The notes beneath the pieces were generated by a model. The model was given only the letters and a program-made list of their open reading frames with translations, was not told the origin of the DNA and searched no databases. Position numbers and translations under genes: made by a program. Below are positions 1 through 13,110 of a stretch of 64,000 bases of DNA, piece after piece (the stretch's first letter is position 1; each line of letters begins with the position of its first letter). The DNA lies in the NCBI GenBank assembly GCA_965644265.1, contig OZ286465.1, positions 18,414,001-18,478,000 of the forward strand, read 5' to 3'. The DNA is from Glycera tridactyla (taxonomy: Eukaryota).

Positions 1-1960
1 ATGACATGTGAAGGGGTCTTATCTATTCATAGATGACATATAAACACACACCACGAAAGACAAAATGTGTACCCAGCTTAGAAACATTCGAATCTTTAGT
101 AGAAACCGACCGTTTGAGAGACCATCTGGGTACGCTGGAATCATCACTGGTCATGGAGCATAAGCGTTTTTTATAACATCGGTCCTAGTGATTTCTGTTA
201 TATAAAGCCTGACATTATCCTAGTAGAAATCAACCTCATCTCTGACATTGAAGTCTTCACCATCTTGAGAATTTCAAAGTGGGTATGTTAAGAAGTAGCT
301 ACATGCCGTAGTATCGATAAATCTATCTAAGTATCTCGTTACTAGGCACCCGTAGATTTTTCGAAGTGAGGCGACGTCCAGTGATGAAGGCGAGGATGGA
401 TTGCGTCATGGTGCAGTCGACTCCGATGATGGTCAAGTATTTCCCCACAAATGAGCTCCATTCCAGGTGGACAGTGCCCAAATGACATGGGAGCATTGGG
501 CCAATGCTGGCTAACAATGGCTTTGTGCTTGGCAGTGGGTTGCCAGCATTGGTACGGCATACGCCCGATGCTGGCATCAGGGTTTGAAATTGTGCTCGCA
601 TCTGCCGATGAAACTGTCATAGAGCCAGCATTGGACTATGCGCATGCCGTCCTCGCCGCCGTNNNNNNNNNNNNNNNNNNNNNNNNNNNNNNNNNNNNNN
701 NNNNNNNNNNNNNNNNNNNNNNNNNNNNNNNNNNNNNNNNNNNNNNNNNNNNNNNNNNNNNNNNNNNNNNNNNNNNNNNNNNNNNNNNNNNNNNNNNNNN
801 NNNNNNNNNNNNNNNNNNNNNNNNNNNNNNNNNNNNNNNNTCAGCCAGCCAGCCAGATGATTGAGTGAGTGATGGGCCAGTATTCAACCAGTATTCAGCC
901 AGCACTGGTGTAATGCCAACAATTCAGTGCTGGCTAGACATCGAGTCAGCGCCGGTTCATGATAAGTGAATGTTGGCTTGCCAGAATTTTGGAAATGTAC
1001 AACCGATTTGCACTACCGACGTTATGACAATTTTGGCACAATGCTGGTATGTTATCTCGATGATGATGTGACCGTCTACACTAGATACATCGCTTTACAG
1101 TAGCAGAACTCTCAAGATGGCGGCCATCATGAAATCAGATCACACAAAGTGCCCAATATGATCTCGCACATCCACCAACTGCCAACAACTCGTGACTGAG
1201 TAATGATGACTACAATACTCGACCAGTACTGATCCATAGACAGGGACTTATCATGAGAACCATTGAACATGCTGACGTGGGTCACGTGCTTGGTGAATCA
1301 TTTACGCGCAGTTCTGGGAATTTCCTGCCCGCCTCACTCTGGCATTCATGGAGTTTTCATGACCCAAATGTCAAGGACAGGTGCCTATCATCCCGATAGG
1401 ATACCCCATTTGCAGACAACTTTCATGTGTCAAACAGACATTCAATCAATAAATCAAGCAATCGATGGACGAGGTCAATCAACAAACAAGGACACTCAAT
1501 CAACCACTCTCTCAACCATCCAACTACTCAATCGATAGGACATTTGATCAATTAGTCAATCAATCGATGGATCGATCATAGTATGATTTCAGTCTCTCAA
1601 CTGCTCACACGTGTTCGATTAGAAACATTCACATCCACCATGAATATTGTCGATCATATTCCATTACAACAGCCAGTAGAAATGTGGATGAAATCCATGG
1701 AAACCGATTTAATATCGGGTCTGATCAGAGGTATAATCTGACCCTTGGGATGTCTCCACAATCTGCCAAATCGCCGTCATGACGCGAATCTATCCTATGG
1801 ATATGATGTGACAATGAGGGCTCATACAGGCCCAAGAAACGAATGATACTGGGGTAGTATGAGCCTTCCTATTGATGTAGTCAGCAGGGTGAGGGATGTT
1901 TTCAAATGTTCAAGATTGTCATCCTTGAGCACCGTTGTTTGATCACATACAGAAATTAGG

Positions 1961-3024
1961 CAGGTCTCATCGAGTGTATGCCGGCATCATCGAATTCAGA
2001 CAGGTGTCATCAAGTGTGTGCAGGCATCATTGAGTTCAGGCAGGTGTCATAAAGTGTCTACGGGAATAATTGAGTTCAGGCAGGTATTATCGAATGTCTG
2101 CAGGCATCATTGAGTTCAGGCACGTGTCATCGAGTGTATGCAGGGATAATTGAATTCAGGCAGATGTTATCGAGTGTCTGCAGGAATAATAGAGTTCAAG
2201 CAGGTGCTATCATGTGTCTGCAGGCATAATTGACTTCAGGCACATGTCATCAAGTGTCTGCAGGCATAATTGAATTCAGGCAGGTGTCATCAAGTGTATG
2301 CAGGAATAATTGAGTTCAGGCAGGTGTCATCGAGAGTCTGCGGGCATCATTGAATTCATTCAGGTGTCATCAAGAATATGCAGGCATCATTAAGTTCAGG
2401 CAGGTGTCATCAAGGGTATGCATGCATCATTGAATTCAGGCACATGTCATCGAGTGTATGCAAGCATCATTGAGTTCAGGCAGGTGTCATCAAGTGTCTC
2501 CAGGAAGGAATCATTGAGTTCGACAGGTGTCATCGAGTGTCTGCAGGAAGGAATCATTGAATTCAGGCAGGTGTCATCGAGTGTCTGCAGGAAGAAATCA
2601 TTGAGTTCAGGCAGGTGTCATCAAGTGTATGTAGAAATCATTGGGTTCAGGCAGGTGTCATCAAGTGTGTGCAGGCATCATTACGTTCAGGCAGGTGTCT
2701 TCAAGTGTATGCAGGCATCATTGAGTTCAGGCAGATGTCATCAAGTATCTGCAGGCATCATTGAGTTTGGGCAGGTGTCATCAAATGTATGCAGGAATCA
2801 TTGAATTTAGGCACGTGTCATCGAGTGTATGTAGGAATCATTGAATTCAGACAGGTGTCATCAAGAATATGCAGGCATCATTGAATTCAGATAGGTGTCA
2901 TCAAGAATATGCAGGCATCATTGAGTTCAGGCAGGTGTCATCAAGTGTATGCAGGAATCATTGAGTTCAGGCCCATGTCATCAAGTAATTGCAGGCATCA
3001 TTGAGTTCAGGCAGGCGTCATCAA
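1961..3024 (+). repeat. 40-bp minisatellite array A (~26 units; consensus CAGGTGTCATCAAGTGTATGCAGGCATCATTGAGTTCAGG)
   Basis: Direct 40-bp periodicity; the same unit recurs at 9,722-9,895 (reverse), 13,763-13,825 and 28,003-28,897 (reverse). Confidence 0.95.
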
Positions 3025-3466
3025 GCCGTCATCATTTATGCTATCTTAATTGCTTCTATAACCAGTATTAGCAGTCACCTTCATATGTCTTAGTCACAAC
3101 CCACACACATACACACACACTCACTGACGCACGCACGCACGGTATAATATTATGGTAGAGGGTGGCCTGTTATCACTATTGCCATCAGAACCTGCACAAG
3201 TTGTCGTAAAATACCAAATTTGCCAATTTATGTGATATGAGTTTGGGATAGCTCAGAAACCGACGGTTCCATTATGATCACATCATATATAGAGCACTAT
3301 TGTACCACGTTGTTAATGGTTACATCAATAGATTATAACTATACCATGTTCTCATCGAGGCCAGGTCCCAATGGCTCACAGACAGTTGCTGTGAAGACTC
3401 AATTGTTCATGAACATCGTTTTTTTCATGTAGGAGACGTCATTCCGGCAATTATAGCCGACACAAG

Positions 3467-3499
<33 letters not shown>

Positions 3500-4635
3500 G
3501 TCCCCAGGCCACTCAGGTCTTAAGGACATGGAACTGACTATTGTCGACTTCATCCATGCCCATCCCAAAAGCATTCATGGCCTCACACTCAGACTCCAAA
3601 TAGAATTCAATTGGATCCAGAGATTGAGAACAATGCTCCCGATAGGTCTGAACACCAAGGACAAAACACCCTTGACAACAGGATGTAGAAATTGGCAGTT
3701 CTATAGACAGAAATAGGGACTAGGCTTACAATTGCTGATCCCATATGTAAAATCCCCACCCATGGAATTGAAATATTTTCAGGCCCTGTCAGGAGGTGAG
3801 GATTGTGCTTGCCTCGTAACACAATCACTTTCTATTACAATCCACTATCCCCTTGACAGTAGCACTAAATACCATGGAAAGAAAGCTTCAAATCTTAAAT
3901 GGGGAGTAACTCCGTTTTGGGTCGCTAATGACGTCATGTGAATGCCATAACTGGGCAAGTACCAAATCTATGATACAGCTCGGGTCACAAAACTATATTT
4001 TCCAAATATATCATTTAGACCGGCCATTGTCCAACCTGCAATTCCTGGTGAGAATTTCCAAAGAAATGCCAAACCGACAAGGGCCCCAGGAACCCATCTG
4101 GGGAGCAGGCATCTGAACTCTAACCCTGACTGCCTAAAATTGGGCAGGCTACCATAACCTTGGAAGCATGAGAGCACAAATCAGCTAAGATACCCAGAAT
4201 GACCAAGGAGATATCTATGACATCACCTGGGGAGGTCGTTCAAAAAAATCAGATACTGCTAAAAAAATTGAGGAGCCAGACCTGGAACCCCTCTCAGGGA
4301 GGACAGGATTGGACATCCACCCTCTAGGGATTGATTTAGATCAATTAGATTTTTTTATCTAAGATTGATCTATCTCTAACCCTATCTTCTCTTTGGTAAC
4401 TGATTAGGCTAAGATAGCCGAAACTCGGAATCAGACTAACCTCTGTATCTAAAAATTGATATGGAAAGCAGATGAATTTTATATAGGGGAGGGGACCCTA
4501 AATACGCATCTGTGATGTCATCAGTTATTGTGCTTAGCAATGCACATGACGTCATTGGTGACGGTTGTAAACATAACCGCCATTCCGAGTCTTACCACGA
4601 TTGGGGAAGGAAGTTCATTTGCCACGTTCAACACC
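3500..4635 (+). mobile_element. 5'-truncated Penelope-like element (GIY-YIG C-terminus plus 3' UTR/pLTR) in a (TA)n tract
   Basis: 3,498-3,716 translates to GHSGLKDMELTIVDFI...LRLQIEFNWIQRLRTMLPIGLNT, homologous to GHRGKEDVELFVLDFI...LRLLIEKNWIHRLRTQRPTGLNT of the 36,147-39,017 ORF. (TA)n lies on both sides; the paralogous site at 14,255-14,340 is empty. Confidence 0.9.
4394..4597 (+). ncRNA. Discontinuous type I hammerhead ribozyme, core mutated (CUGAUUA, G8U), predicted inactive
   Basis: Stem I TGGTAA(4394-99)/TTACCA(4592-97); core 4400-06; stem II GGCTA/TAGCC; GAAA 4420-23; stem III ACTCGGAAT(4423-31)/ATTCCGAGT(4582-90); GUC at 4589-91; 150-nt insert. Confidence 0.8.
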
Positions 4636-4659
4636 ATATATATATATATATATTTCATT

Positions 4660-5587
4660 TTTATCACCCTCAGACTGCAGATTGAATTCAATTGGATCCA
4701 CAGACTGAGAACCATGCTTCCACATGGATTGAATACAAAAGATAGATCCCCATTAGAACGCAATTGCAGACAATGGAGATTCTATCGAGAAAGAGGAAAG
4801 ATCACTTGGCCAAAAAAAAAGCTAATCGAGGGCTCCCATCCCCACATCTACTGGATCAAGACACTTCAAGCTATTGTTCTCTCTAGCCACGTCACATAAT
4901 CCTCACCAATAGAGACAATAGCAAGGAGATGACCTGCTCCACTCCATTGGATATTTTCCCGCATCGCATTGAAATAAAGCGATTCAGGAACCTCCATCAC
5001 GCGAGACGCATCCACCCAAATTTGTATCTGTTTCAGAAAAAGGATATAAAATCTGAGCTCTGGTTTCAAATAATCAGAACAGCTAAATGTAATATAGAGC
5101 ACTCAAAACACAAAATGATACCTCATAGCACATTTAACATTTCCGACACACAACAAAAGAATTGTTGAGTATTAGAATACCAAAATATGCATCAATTGAC
5201 AGAATTTGGACATATTCATTCAATCTAAGTGATATGTGAAAATCGAAATACAATGAATTAAAATAAACTGAAATTTAAACCAGTATGAGGGTCTAATTTT
5301 TCCACCAGTGGTAACTGATGAGGCCTAAATAGGCCGAAACTCGGGAATACCTCAGCCTCAAAACAACCCTTGAGACTGAGAACAATGAAGAAAATGAACA
5401 ATGGGGATCCATGACTTGATTGTGACATCATAGGTTGATGCAAAACCATTGAGACACCAGAGCTCACCATGACATCTTGGTTGCCACCTAGTGACGCATC
5501 GCCGTTTTGATGACGTCACGCGTAAACAGCTTCATTCCGAGTCTTACCAACGCTAGGTGAAGGACGTGTCCTTGCTACGTCCTCAAA
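4660..5587 (+). mobile_element. Second 5'-truncated Penelope-like element 3' end (related subfamily) in the same (TA)n tract
   Basis: Translates to LRLQIEFNWIHRLRTMLPHGLNTKDRSPLERNCRQWRFYR (GIY-YIG C-terminus of PLEs); bounded by (TA)n at ~4,636-4,652 and ~5,588-5,610. Confidence 0.9.
5309..5549 (+). ncRNA. Discontinuous type I hammerhead ribozyme with intact core
   Basis: Stem I TGGTAA(5309-14)/TTACCA(5544-49); CTGATGA 5315-21; stem II GGCCT-AAAT-AGGCC; GAAA 5336-39; stem III ACTCGGGA(5339-46)/TTCCGAGT(5535-42); GUC at 5541-43; ~185-nt insert. Confidence 0.85.
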
Positions 5588-7938
5588 TATATATATATAT
5601 ATATATATATTTTATTATTTCACAGAGAGACGTATCCCTATGGAATGTTGTCATCCTGGTCTTTCTGATAACCACCAATCTTTTTCCGTCATTTGCTATA
5701 TGGCTCTAACGATTGAAGACTTCATATGGTCATCAAATACATGTTTAGAATGATCGATCACCGTGCATTATGAATGGATTCTCAATGCATGCGCAGATGT
5801 AATTCCATATCAAATGTGAAGGCCAAGCATGTGGCAATCAAATCTAATTAACTTCATTAACACTTAATGTCTAATGGCCTATCGAGTTTGCTGTCAATCG
5901 ATGAAAAAGCATTGGCATGCAATATTCAGCACATCCCTTGTACAGATGAGTGAGCCAAATGGACAAGTTTGCCCAGCCAATACCAGACTGCCATCGTCAC
6001 ACAGATCTATATAGTGGTTGTGGACTGCACTTGTCACCAGAATAACTCCATCATCTGATCTCATTTTTGATTATGTATAATCCATTTATTGATATTATTA
6101 TTGTTGTTATAATAATAGTAATGATAATAATAATTATTGTTATCATTATTGGCCACCTGGGGGAGGGTTCAGTGATCCTCATAATCTTCAATGATTCATT
6201 AAGGACACAGTCCATAGTGTGATCTCAGTTCTTGAAAACCTTCTATTCCTTTGGTATAGGAAGCACCGCCGGTAGGTAACTACCAAGTATTCTTGTCACG
6301 ATAAGTACACTAGGTAAACCAACATTTTAAGCACAGGCGGGTGGGCTCCCACCCAATACCCGTCCGCCAGAATTATTGATGGCACACTGGGCAGACTATA
6401 TGATCTAGCTGGCCCTGCGATGTAGGGCTCGGCATGTGGATGTTTCTCGTGTGCGGGGCTCGACACCGTGGGGGGCCTGCATTGACCCGGAATTTTTTTT
6501 TGGCATTTTGTTCAACAAAATGCCAGAAAGGCGCCTTCTGAATAGTCGCCAAGGTCTGCCAAATCCAGCCAGACTGGGGAATGTCGTCTGACATCCCTTA
6601 GGCAACTCTGACTTTTTCGAGGGGCATCTTTGATGGGGCGTAACACCCTCATCAGAGATGGAAGTGTCTGATGAGTGGAAGTTATCTCCGAAACCGAGAT
6701 TGCATTCACTACTTGACATGAGTCCAACTCATACCAAAAGGTGGGTAGATATTTTTGGTACATTTGGAGGTACACTGCCCTTGACCCATGAAAATGGGGC
6801 AAGATTGGTGACCGCCTGAGTACACAAACTGAGTGCAACACATCATGGCCTCTCAGACACCACTGGCGGCTGACACAGTCTATAATCTCCTGTTACGTCA
6901 TAGAAACGTGCTGTCTATGACGTCACGCAATACGGCAGAACATGGAGGCGTCCTTCAAATCTCGATCACAGTCCCTGAAGGGAGGACGTNNNNNNNNNNN
7001 NNNNNNNNNNNNNNNNNNNNNNNNNNNNNNNNNNNNNNNNNNNNNNNNNNNNNNNNNNNNNNNNNNNNNNNNNNNNNNNNNNNNNNNNNNNNNNNNNNNN
7101 NNNNNNNNNNNNNNNNNNNNNNNNNNNNNNNNNNNNNNNNNNNNNNNNNNNNNNNNNNNNNNNNNNNNNNNNNNNNNNNNNNNNNNNNNNNNNNNNNNNN
7201 NNNNNNNNNNNNNNNNNNNNNNNNNNNNNNNNNNNNNNNNNNNNNNNNNNNNNNNNNNNNNNNNNNNNNNNNNNNTTATTATGATGATGATGATTATTAT
7301 TGTTGTGAATATTACTATTATTATTATTATCATTATTATTATTATCATTCCTACTACTATCGTGATACTTGCCTCTCATGCTGGAGACACTTCAAAGTTC
7401 AAATGATTGAGTAAAACCCTTGTATCGCTCTCTTCTTGGCACAGGGGTGTAGGGTATCTGTCTATAAACATGGATGATGATTGTGTTCTGGATACACAGT
7501 GCAGTCAATTTGATTCTAGTGGACGTGAAATGCCAAGGGGAATGAGAAAGGTTCGATCATGGCTAGGGAATCGTCCAGTGACTTTTGAGACTGCAATCAG
7601 CTACATAGCCACAGTTGAACCAGCTTGAGAGACCAATTCAAGGCAAAGCCCGGAAGGACACCTTTAGCGGTAACAATGATGATATTGCTACGGTGAACAA
7701 CCTGTCTGAGGCCACTCGTCTGTAGTAGGTGAACCATGTAGGCAGATGCGACAGTATATACATATCTCCATCAGTATTCAACAATCGCCATACTAGTCAG
7801 GCCTCATCATTTTCAACTTTTTCGGGGGGGGGGGGGGGTATTGCTCTGCTTGAGATTCAAAGTTGAGTTATGGGAGGGATCAGGCTTTTTGAAAAGGACA
7901 GGGTCCCTGGGAGTGGGTGGCTAGATTGACAGATAGGC

Positions 7939-7994
<56 letters not shown>

Positions 7995-9721
7995 GTCTGA
8001 GTGATGTGAGTTAATGAAGTGGTGTGGTGTTAGCTCTGACGTCAGGGGTGGGAGAAGTCTTGGACGAACATATATCTGATGCAAATCATCACATGTGGTC
8101 ATTCCCATGGCAAGCTCTATTATCTCGCAATCTATTGTATTGAACAGTTTTCAAGCTCACCAAGCCATCACTTCCAGTTGTTGGCAGAGATAATTCATAT
8201 ATGTATCCTCCTAACACCTGCTGCGTGTTCAGTTAGGCCAACAACGGCTAACGTTCCCATTTTCACACGCCGACATTCGCTCTCTGACTGGACAACCATT
8301 GTCGAAGAACGTCAGGTTCTATTTGCCAAACTGAATACCCTGCAGGTTGTCTGGCTTTTGCATCATACTGAGTGTTGTGCATATTTTCAGGCTGGACGAT
8401 GCAAGGAAGTTTTGATACCTAGTGCGCCAATGCCATCAGCCCATCTACCCCCCCCCCCCCCCCCCCCTCACCCCGTGGCCGGATGGCGAAACTACCTACC
8501 GTGCATGGAAGTATGAGAGCACATATTGCGTGGCAAAAGGATGCTTGTGATGACACAGATTCCAACGCTTTACCCACTATATCATCAATTTCATCATATC
8601 TTGCAAAATGGCATGACTGATGTTGAATGGCGTAGGAACACAATCGCACGTAAAAGTATAACACGTCGTTCAGTTTCTATGTAGTATCGGTAGCATATCG
8701 GTATCAAGTGGTTGACCCCATGAAGATATTTTCAGTCGCACACGAGGCGGGGAGACAGCTCATGGTCTTTTTCTAATTTTTATGGCGACTACGGATGGCC
8801 GGAACAAGAGGGAAAGCCTGAACTGTCTCCCCGGGGAGTGAGCGGATGTATTCATCACATGATAAAGACAAGAAACCCCTCGTTGTGTTCTGCCTGAATA
8901 ATCGACTCGGCCACAAATGAGGATCACAAATGAGAAAAGAGTGCCCCGCTGTTTGGTGATCATGAAAGACGACTTTGACAATTGCGTGACAAGCATCATC
9001 TTTTTTCAATGTTGATGCACACTCTCCGAGGATAGGCAATGCACGCGAATGTTTTGCAGATGACGTCAAGACGAGAAGTGGGAGCACAAACGATTCAACC
9101 AGTTGACGGTGAGTTGGTGTGTTAGTGGGAGAGGTGTCTTCACGTAAGCGACTTTTCCTATTTCAACGAAGATAAACAGACTGTTATTTACCTTTAAACA
9201 ATGACGCTGACAGAGTTTTAGTCTGATACTCGCCTGTATCACACAAAAGGCTATCGACAATCAGGGTGTACCTTATCTGAATCTGAGTTTGACAATTAGG
9301 TGACGACCGTTACCTTATTCCTATTGTCGATGCACACTTTCTGATGATAGGCAATGCAGGCTGATGTTTTGCAGTTGATGACGAATCCAGACATGAGAGC
9401 ACGAACGATGCAACCTGCTGACCGTCAGTTGGTGTGTTACTGGGGGAGTGGGAGAGGTGTCTGCATCAGAGTGTGTTGGAAGGCATGCATACATGCAGTG
9501 GCTGCTGCCATTACATTGAGGGGGGGGGGGGGGCGTCAACTTTGCCACCTCATTATCTGTCTCTCTCCCACCTGCTCGCTCCCTCTCCCTCCTCTCTGTC
9601 CCTGTCTCTCCCTCTCTCTCCATTTCACATCTTCAGCTTCTTTGGGCTTTGAAAAGTGTGGACATATCATTGTGGAATTGAGCCTCCCACTTTTGCTTTA
9701 ATCGACAGTGTTATACACTTG

Positions 9722-9895
9722 GTAACACCTGCTTGAACTCAATTAGTCCTGCATACATTTGATGACACCTGCCTGAACTCAATTATTCCTGCAGACTCTT
9801 TATGACACCCGCCTGAACTCAATTATTCCTGCATACAGTTTATGACACCTGCCTGAACTCAAATATTCCTGCACACACTTGATGACACCTGCCTC
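9722..9895 (-). repeat. Short inverted array of 40-bp minisatellite A (~4 units)
   Basis: CTTGATGACACCTGCCTGAACTCAATTATTCCTGCA units, the reverse complement of array A. Confidence 0.9.
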
Positions 9896-11279
9896 CATAC
9901 ATTAATGACCACCAATAACAGCTGACAGAGCTACAACACCTCCGAAAAGGTTATACATCATCTGTATTGAATTCCATGCGATTTCAGTCTTCACCATCAG
10001 CCCGTCCTGCGCCATGGCTATGTACTTAGCAGGTTAAAGCTGTACATGACACCTGTAATGAAAGTATGCATTTTAGGGAGATGGAATCACAACTTCTTGA
10101 AATTGGAAAGAATCAGCTTATTGATGTCGGGAAATGTGCGACCACCACAGATCCATGAGACAAACCTATGGGTCCCAGCAAAACTGGAAGAATGTCATGA
10201 TGATTGAAAAAAGTTGAGATCAAGTTTGCATAAAACATTTCCCTTATGGCACACATCCTCCAGATTGACAGCATCCTGCAAAGGTAAACCACTAGAAATA
10301 TTTATTTCAGTGATTCTCCACAAATTTCTCGCCTCGAACTTACCCTCACTAAAAAAGACCAGCAACAGATTCAGAAAAACTTCATCTCACCAGAAGCATC
10401 ATTAAAAACGGTCTTGGCGCACTTGCGAAACAATCACTGTCTTTTGACGAACAACCCAATTTTTTCAACCCATTTCTGGATTAACAAAAGCACTATTAAC
10501 ATTCCAATTGTTCTAATCAGTATCACTACGGGAATTTCAGCAAGCATAGGCAATTTTGATGGTGAAAAGGAAATACTCAACATGGCTGGCGGCTCTGATG
10601 GCGGACAAAGCCGTCCAAATAAACGATCACTGAAAATGAACAGGACCATTCTCCAGAAAACTGGGTAGACGCAATATCGTTAGCTATCACCCTGGCTTTA
10701 TTTATTTCCATAGTGGTCAATGCTCATGTCTTAATAAAGAGGTATGCCGATTGGATGACATTACAGCTAGCATTACCATTGACGACAGGGACAGGACACC
10801 ACAGCCATCGATTTTCAGTCACCAGACCTTCCACTGACAAATATGCATTTTAAGGCCGATAACCGACTTTCCTCACTAACCTTCACCTCTACCCATTGAC
10901 GTCATTCCGCTAGTTGGAAAGGATCCATGTATGGCAGACCGCCTATCAGAATAAGTCATACCCATCACAAATTTATTTCCACTTGTTGCCTTGGACCGCA
11001 CCCAAAGTGAAGTCAATCTCAATGTTGAAATTCTACATTGCACTGCAAGGCAAGCAACGTTGTACTCGCTGTTACGTAGCCAATCTCTTCTCTAAATCAT
11101 GCGAATTGAGAGACTGCCAAGCCGCCTGAAACTTGTCGACCTTCATAGCAACCATGTTCAACAGCAAACCCATCCCAAATAAGAATGTAGCTCCGAGAAG
11201 TAGTATCTGGCCTATTCTTTCTTCCAAAGAGGAGCAACCACTGCAGAACAAGTGGGCAAACCCTACCCATCATTGAAAG

Positions 11280-11420
11280 AAAAAATGAAATGTTGAGATT
11301 TTAGGTCCACTCTCTGCACTTGAATAGGCTGAATCAGACCACCTGCAAGGAGGAGCAAAGATGAAGGGTGAAACATTCCTGCATGGTTGGACCGGGGATT
11401 GAACCCCATACCCGTCAAGG
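11280..11420 (-). mobile_element. Degenerate tRNA-derived SINE-like repeat (paralog ~30,060-30,200; related copy ~45,735-45,830)
   Basis: B-box-like GGTTCAATCCC on the minus strand (11,395-11,405). The body TTTTAGGTCCACT.TCTGCACTT-GA.TAGGCT.AATC.GACCACCTGC recurs at ~45,745, outside the duplication. No clear A box. Confidence 0.4.
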
Positions 11421-12055
11421 AAAGACCTCCTTCAAGGGTACCAAGGCAGGAAGGACAATAAGCGAGACGGAAGGAGGGGAAGACAATCGATCGAAGAATT
11501 GTCATGTGTCTACAATCGAGGTATGATCTTGTGTTGAACAATTAGCATATTATGACCTGAAATGTTCAACAAACCGACCCGGATGGGGCAATCAGGGATC
11601 ACATACCCCCCTTAATGACATTGATCGACGACAGTCAAGGGTCCTTGATGGTGCCAGAATGTAGGGTATATGATGAGACCATTGTATGTACCCTGCCAGG
11701 GCAAAGATGAAGGCTGTGCTCTCGACATCCGGATGCAGATCACTGGTAGGGTGCAAGCATGGTCACTGAGGCATGGTCACTGAGGCATGGTCACTGAGGC
11801 ATGCCAGTTACTTGTAACCCACCATACTACTGTCTTGTGCTCTGAGTGTTTGTTAAGGAGACGGACCTTTCAACGTCCCTACCCATGCCTATCACATAGG
11901 TGTCTCAGGGAAAACTTAGATGATAAAACTTTCACTAGCCACTTACATTCCTGTGACGTCGAAATCATTTGTATCCATCCGGCAGGCAATGGACTCAAAG
12001 GATGCTTGATGTGACTCTTCTGACAGATGCATTCTATGCTACATCCAACCCCCCC

Positions 12056-12067
12056 AACACACACACA

Positions 12068-12140
<73 letters not shown>

Positions 12141-12600
12141 TTTTGTTGGATCCTTTTTCCAATAATGTATATATATATATGTATATATATATATACATAT
12201 ATGTATATACATATACATGTATATGTGTGTAAATATATATATGAGTATATATATAAATATCCACGTAGCAACTCTGTTTGCACTCGATCAATGAATTGGC
12301 TATCCAAGCCGAGTGATACATCTTTGTTTGCAAAGCTTTTGTGACAATATCGATAACTTCATTGTCATCTGTTTCATCTGATAATTAGGTTGACGATGAT
12401 GTGCTAACAATGGCAAGACCATATATATATATATATATATGTATATAAATATATATACATATATGTATATACATATACATGTATATGTGTGTAAATATAT
12501 ATATGAGTATATATATAAATATCCACATAGCAACTCTGTTTGCACTCGATCAATGAATTGGCTATCCAAGCGGAGTGATACATCTTTGTTTGCAAAGCTT
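12056..12600. repeat. (CA)n and TA-rich microsatellites plus a ~260-bp local tandem duplication
   Basis: (CA)n at 12,056-12,139. TATCCAAGC.GAGTGATACATC occurs at 12,301 and 12,562, each preceded by the same TA-rich block; the paralog (40,375-40,600) has one copy. Confidence 0.9.
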
Positions 12601-12857
12601 TTGTGACAATATCGATAACTTCATTGTCATCTGTTTCATCTGATGATTAGGTTGACGATGATGTGCTAACAATGGCAAGACCATCATATCACATGGTGGC
12701 ACGGGGCACGAGGGACATGAACCATCTTCATCACTGGGATGAGTTGCTGATGATATCATCGATAATGTAGATAATGACAATGATGAAAAAATACAAGAAC
12801 TAAAAACCAAAAATACTAATGATGAATTGAATAAATGATCACAACGCAATCAAAATA

Positions 12858-13110
12858 ATGATAATGATGAAAGGAACAATGATAATAATAATGATAATGA
12901 TATCAATGATAATAATAATAATGATAATGATAATAATGATGATGATAATAATAAAAATGTCAATAATAACATTGATAATATTAATATTAATGATAATTAT
13001 ACTGATGATTATATCAATGATGATAATAATGCTAACAATGGAAATGATAATAATGATGATAAAAATGATAATAAGGAGAAGAAGAAGAAGAAGGATAACA
13101 ATGATGAGAA
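12858..13110. repeat. (ATG/ATA/AGA)n trinucleotide low-complexity tract (paralog 40,760-41,055)
   Basis: Direct inspection. Confidence 0.9.

Noticed and set aside
2418-2804. 128-aa ORF with repeated IIEFRQVSS
   Set aside because: Translation of a 40-bp (non-triplet) minisatellite.
10400-11270. Coding-like decayed sequence in the duplicated unit (paralog 29,100-30,050)
   Set aside because: Multiple stops in the frames checked and no family motif recognised; needs tBLASTn.
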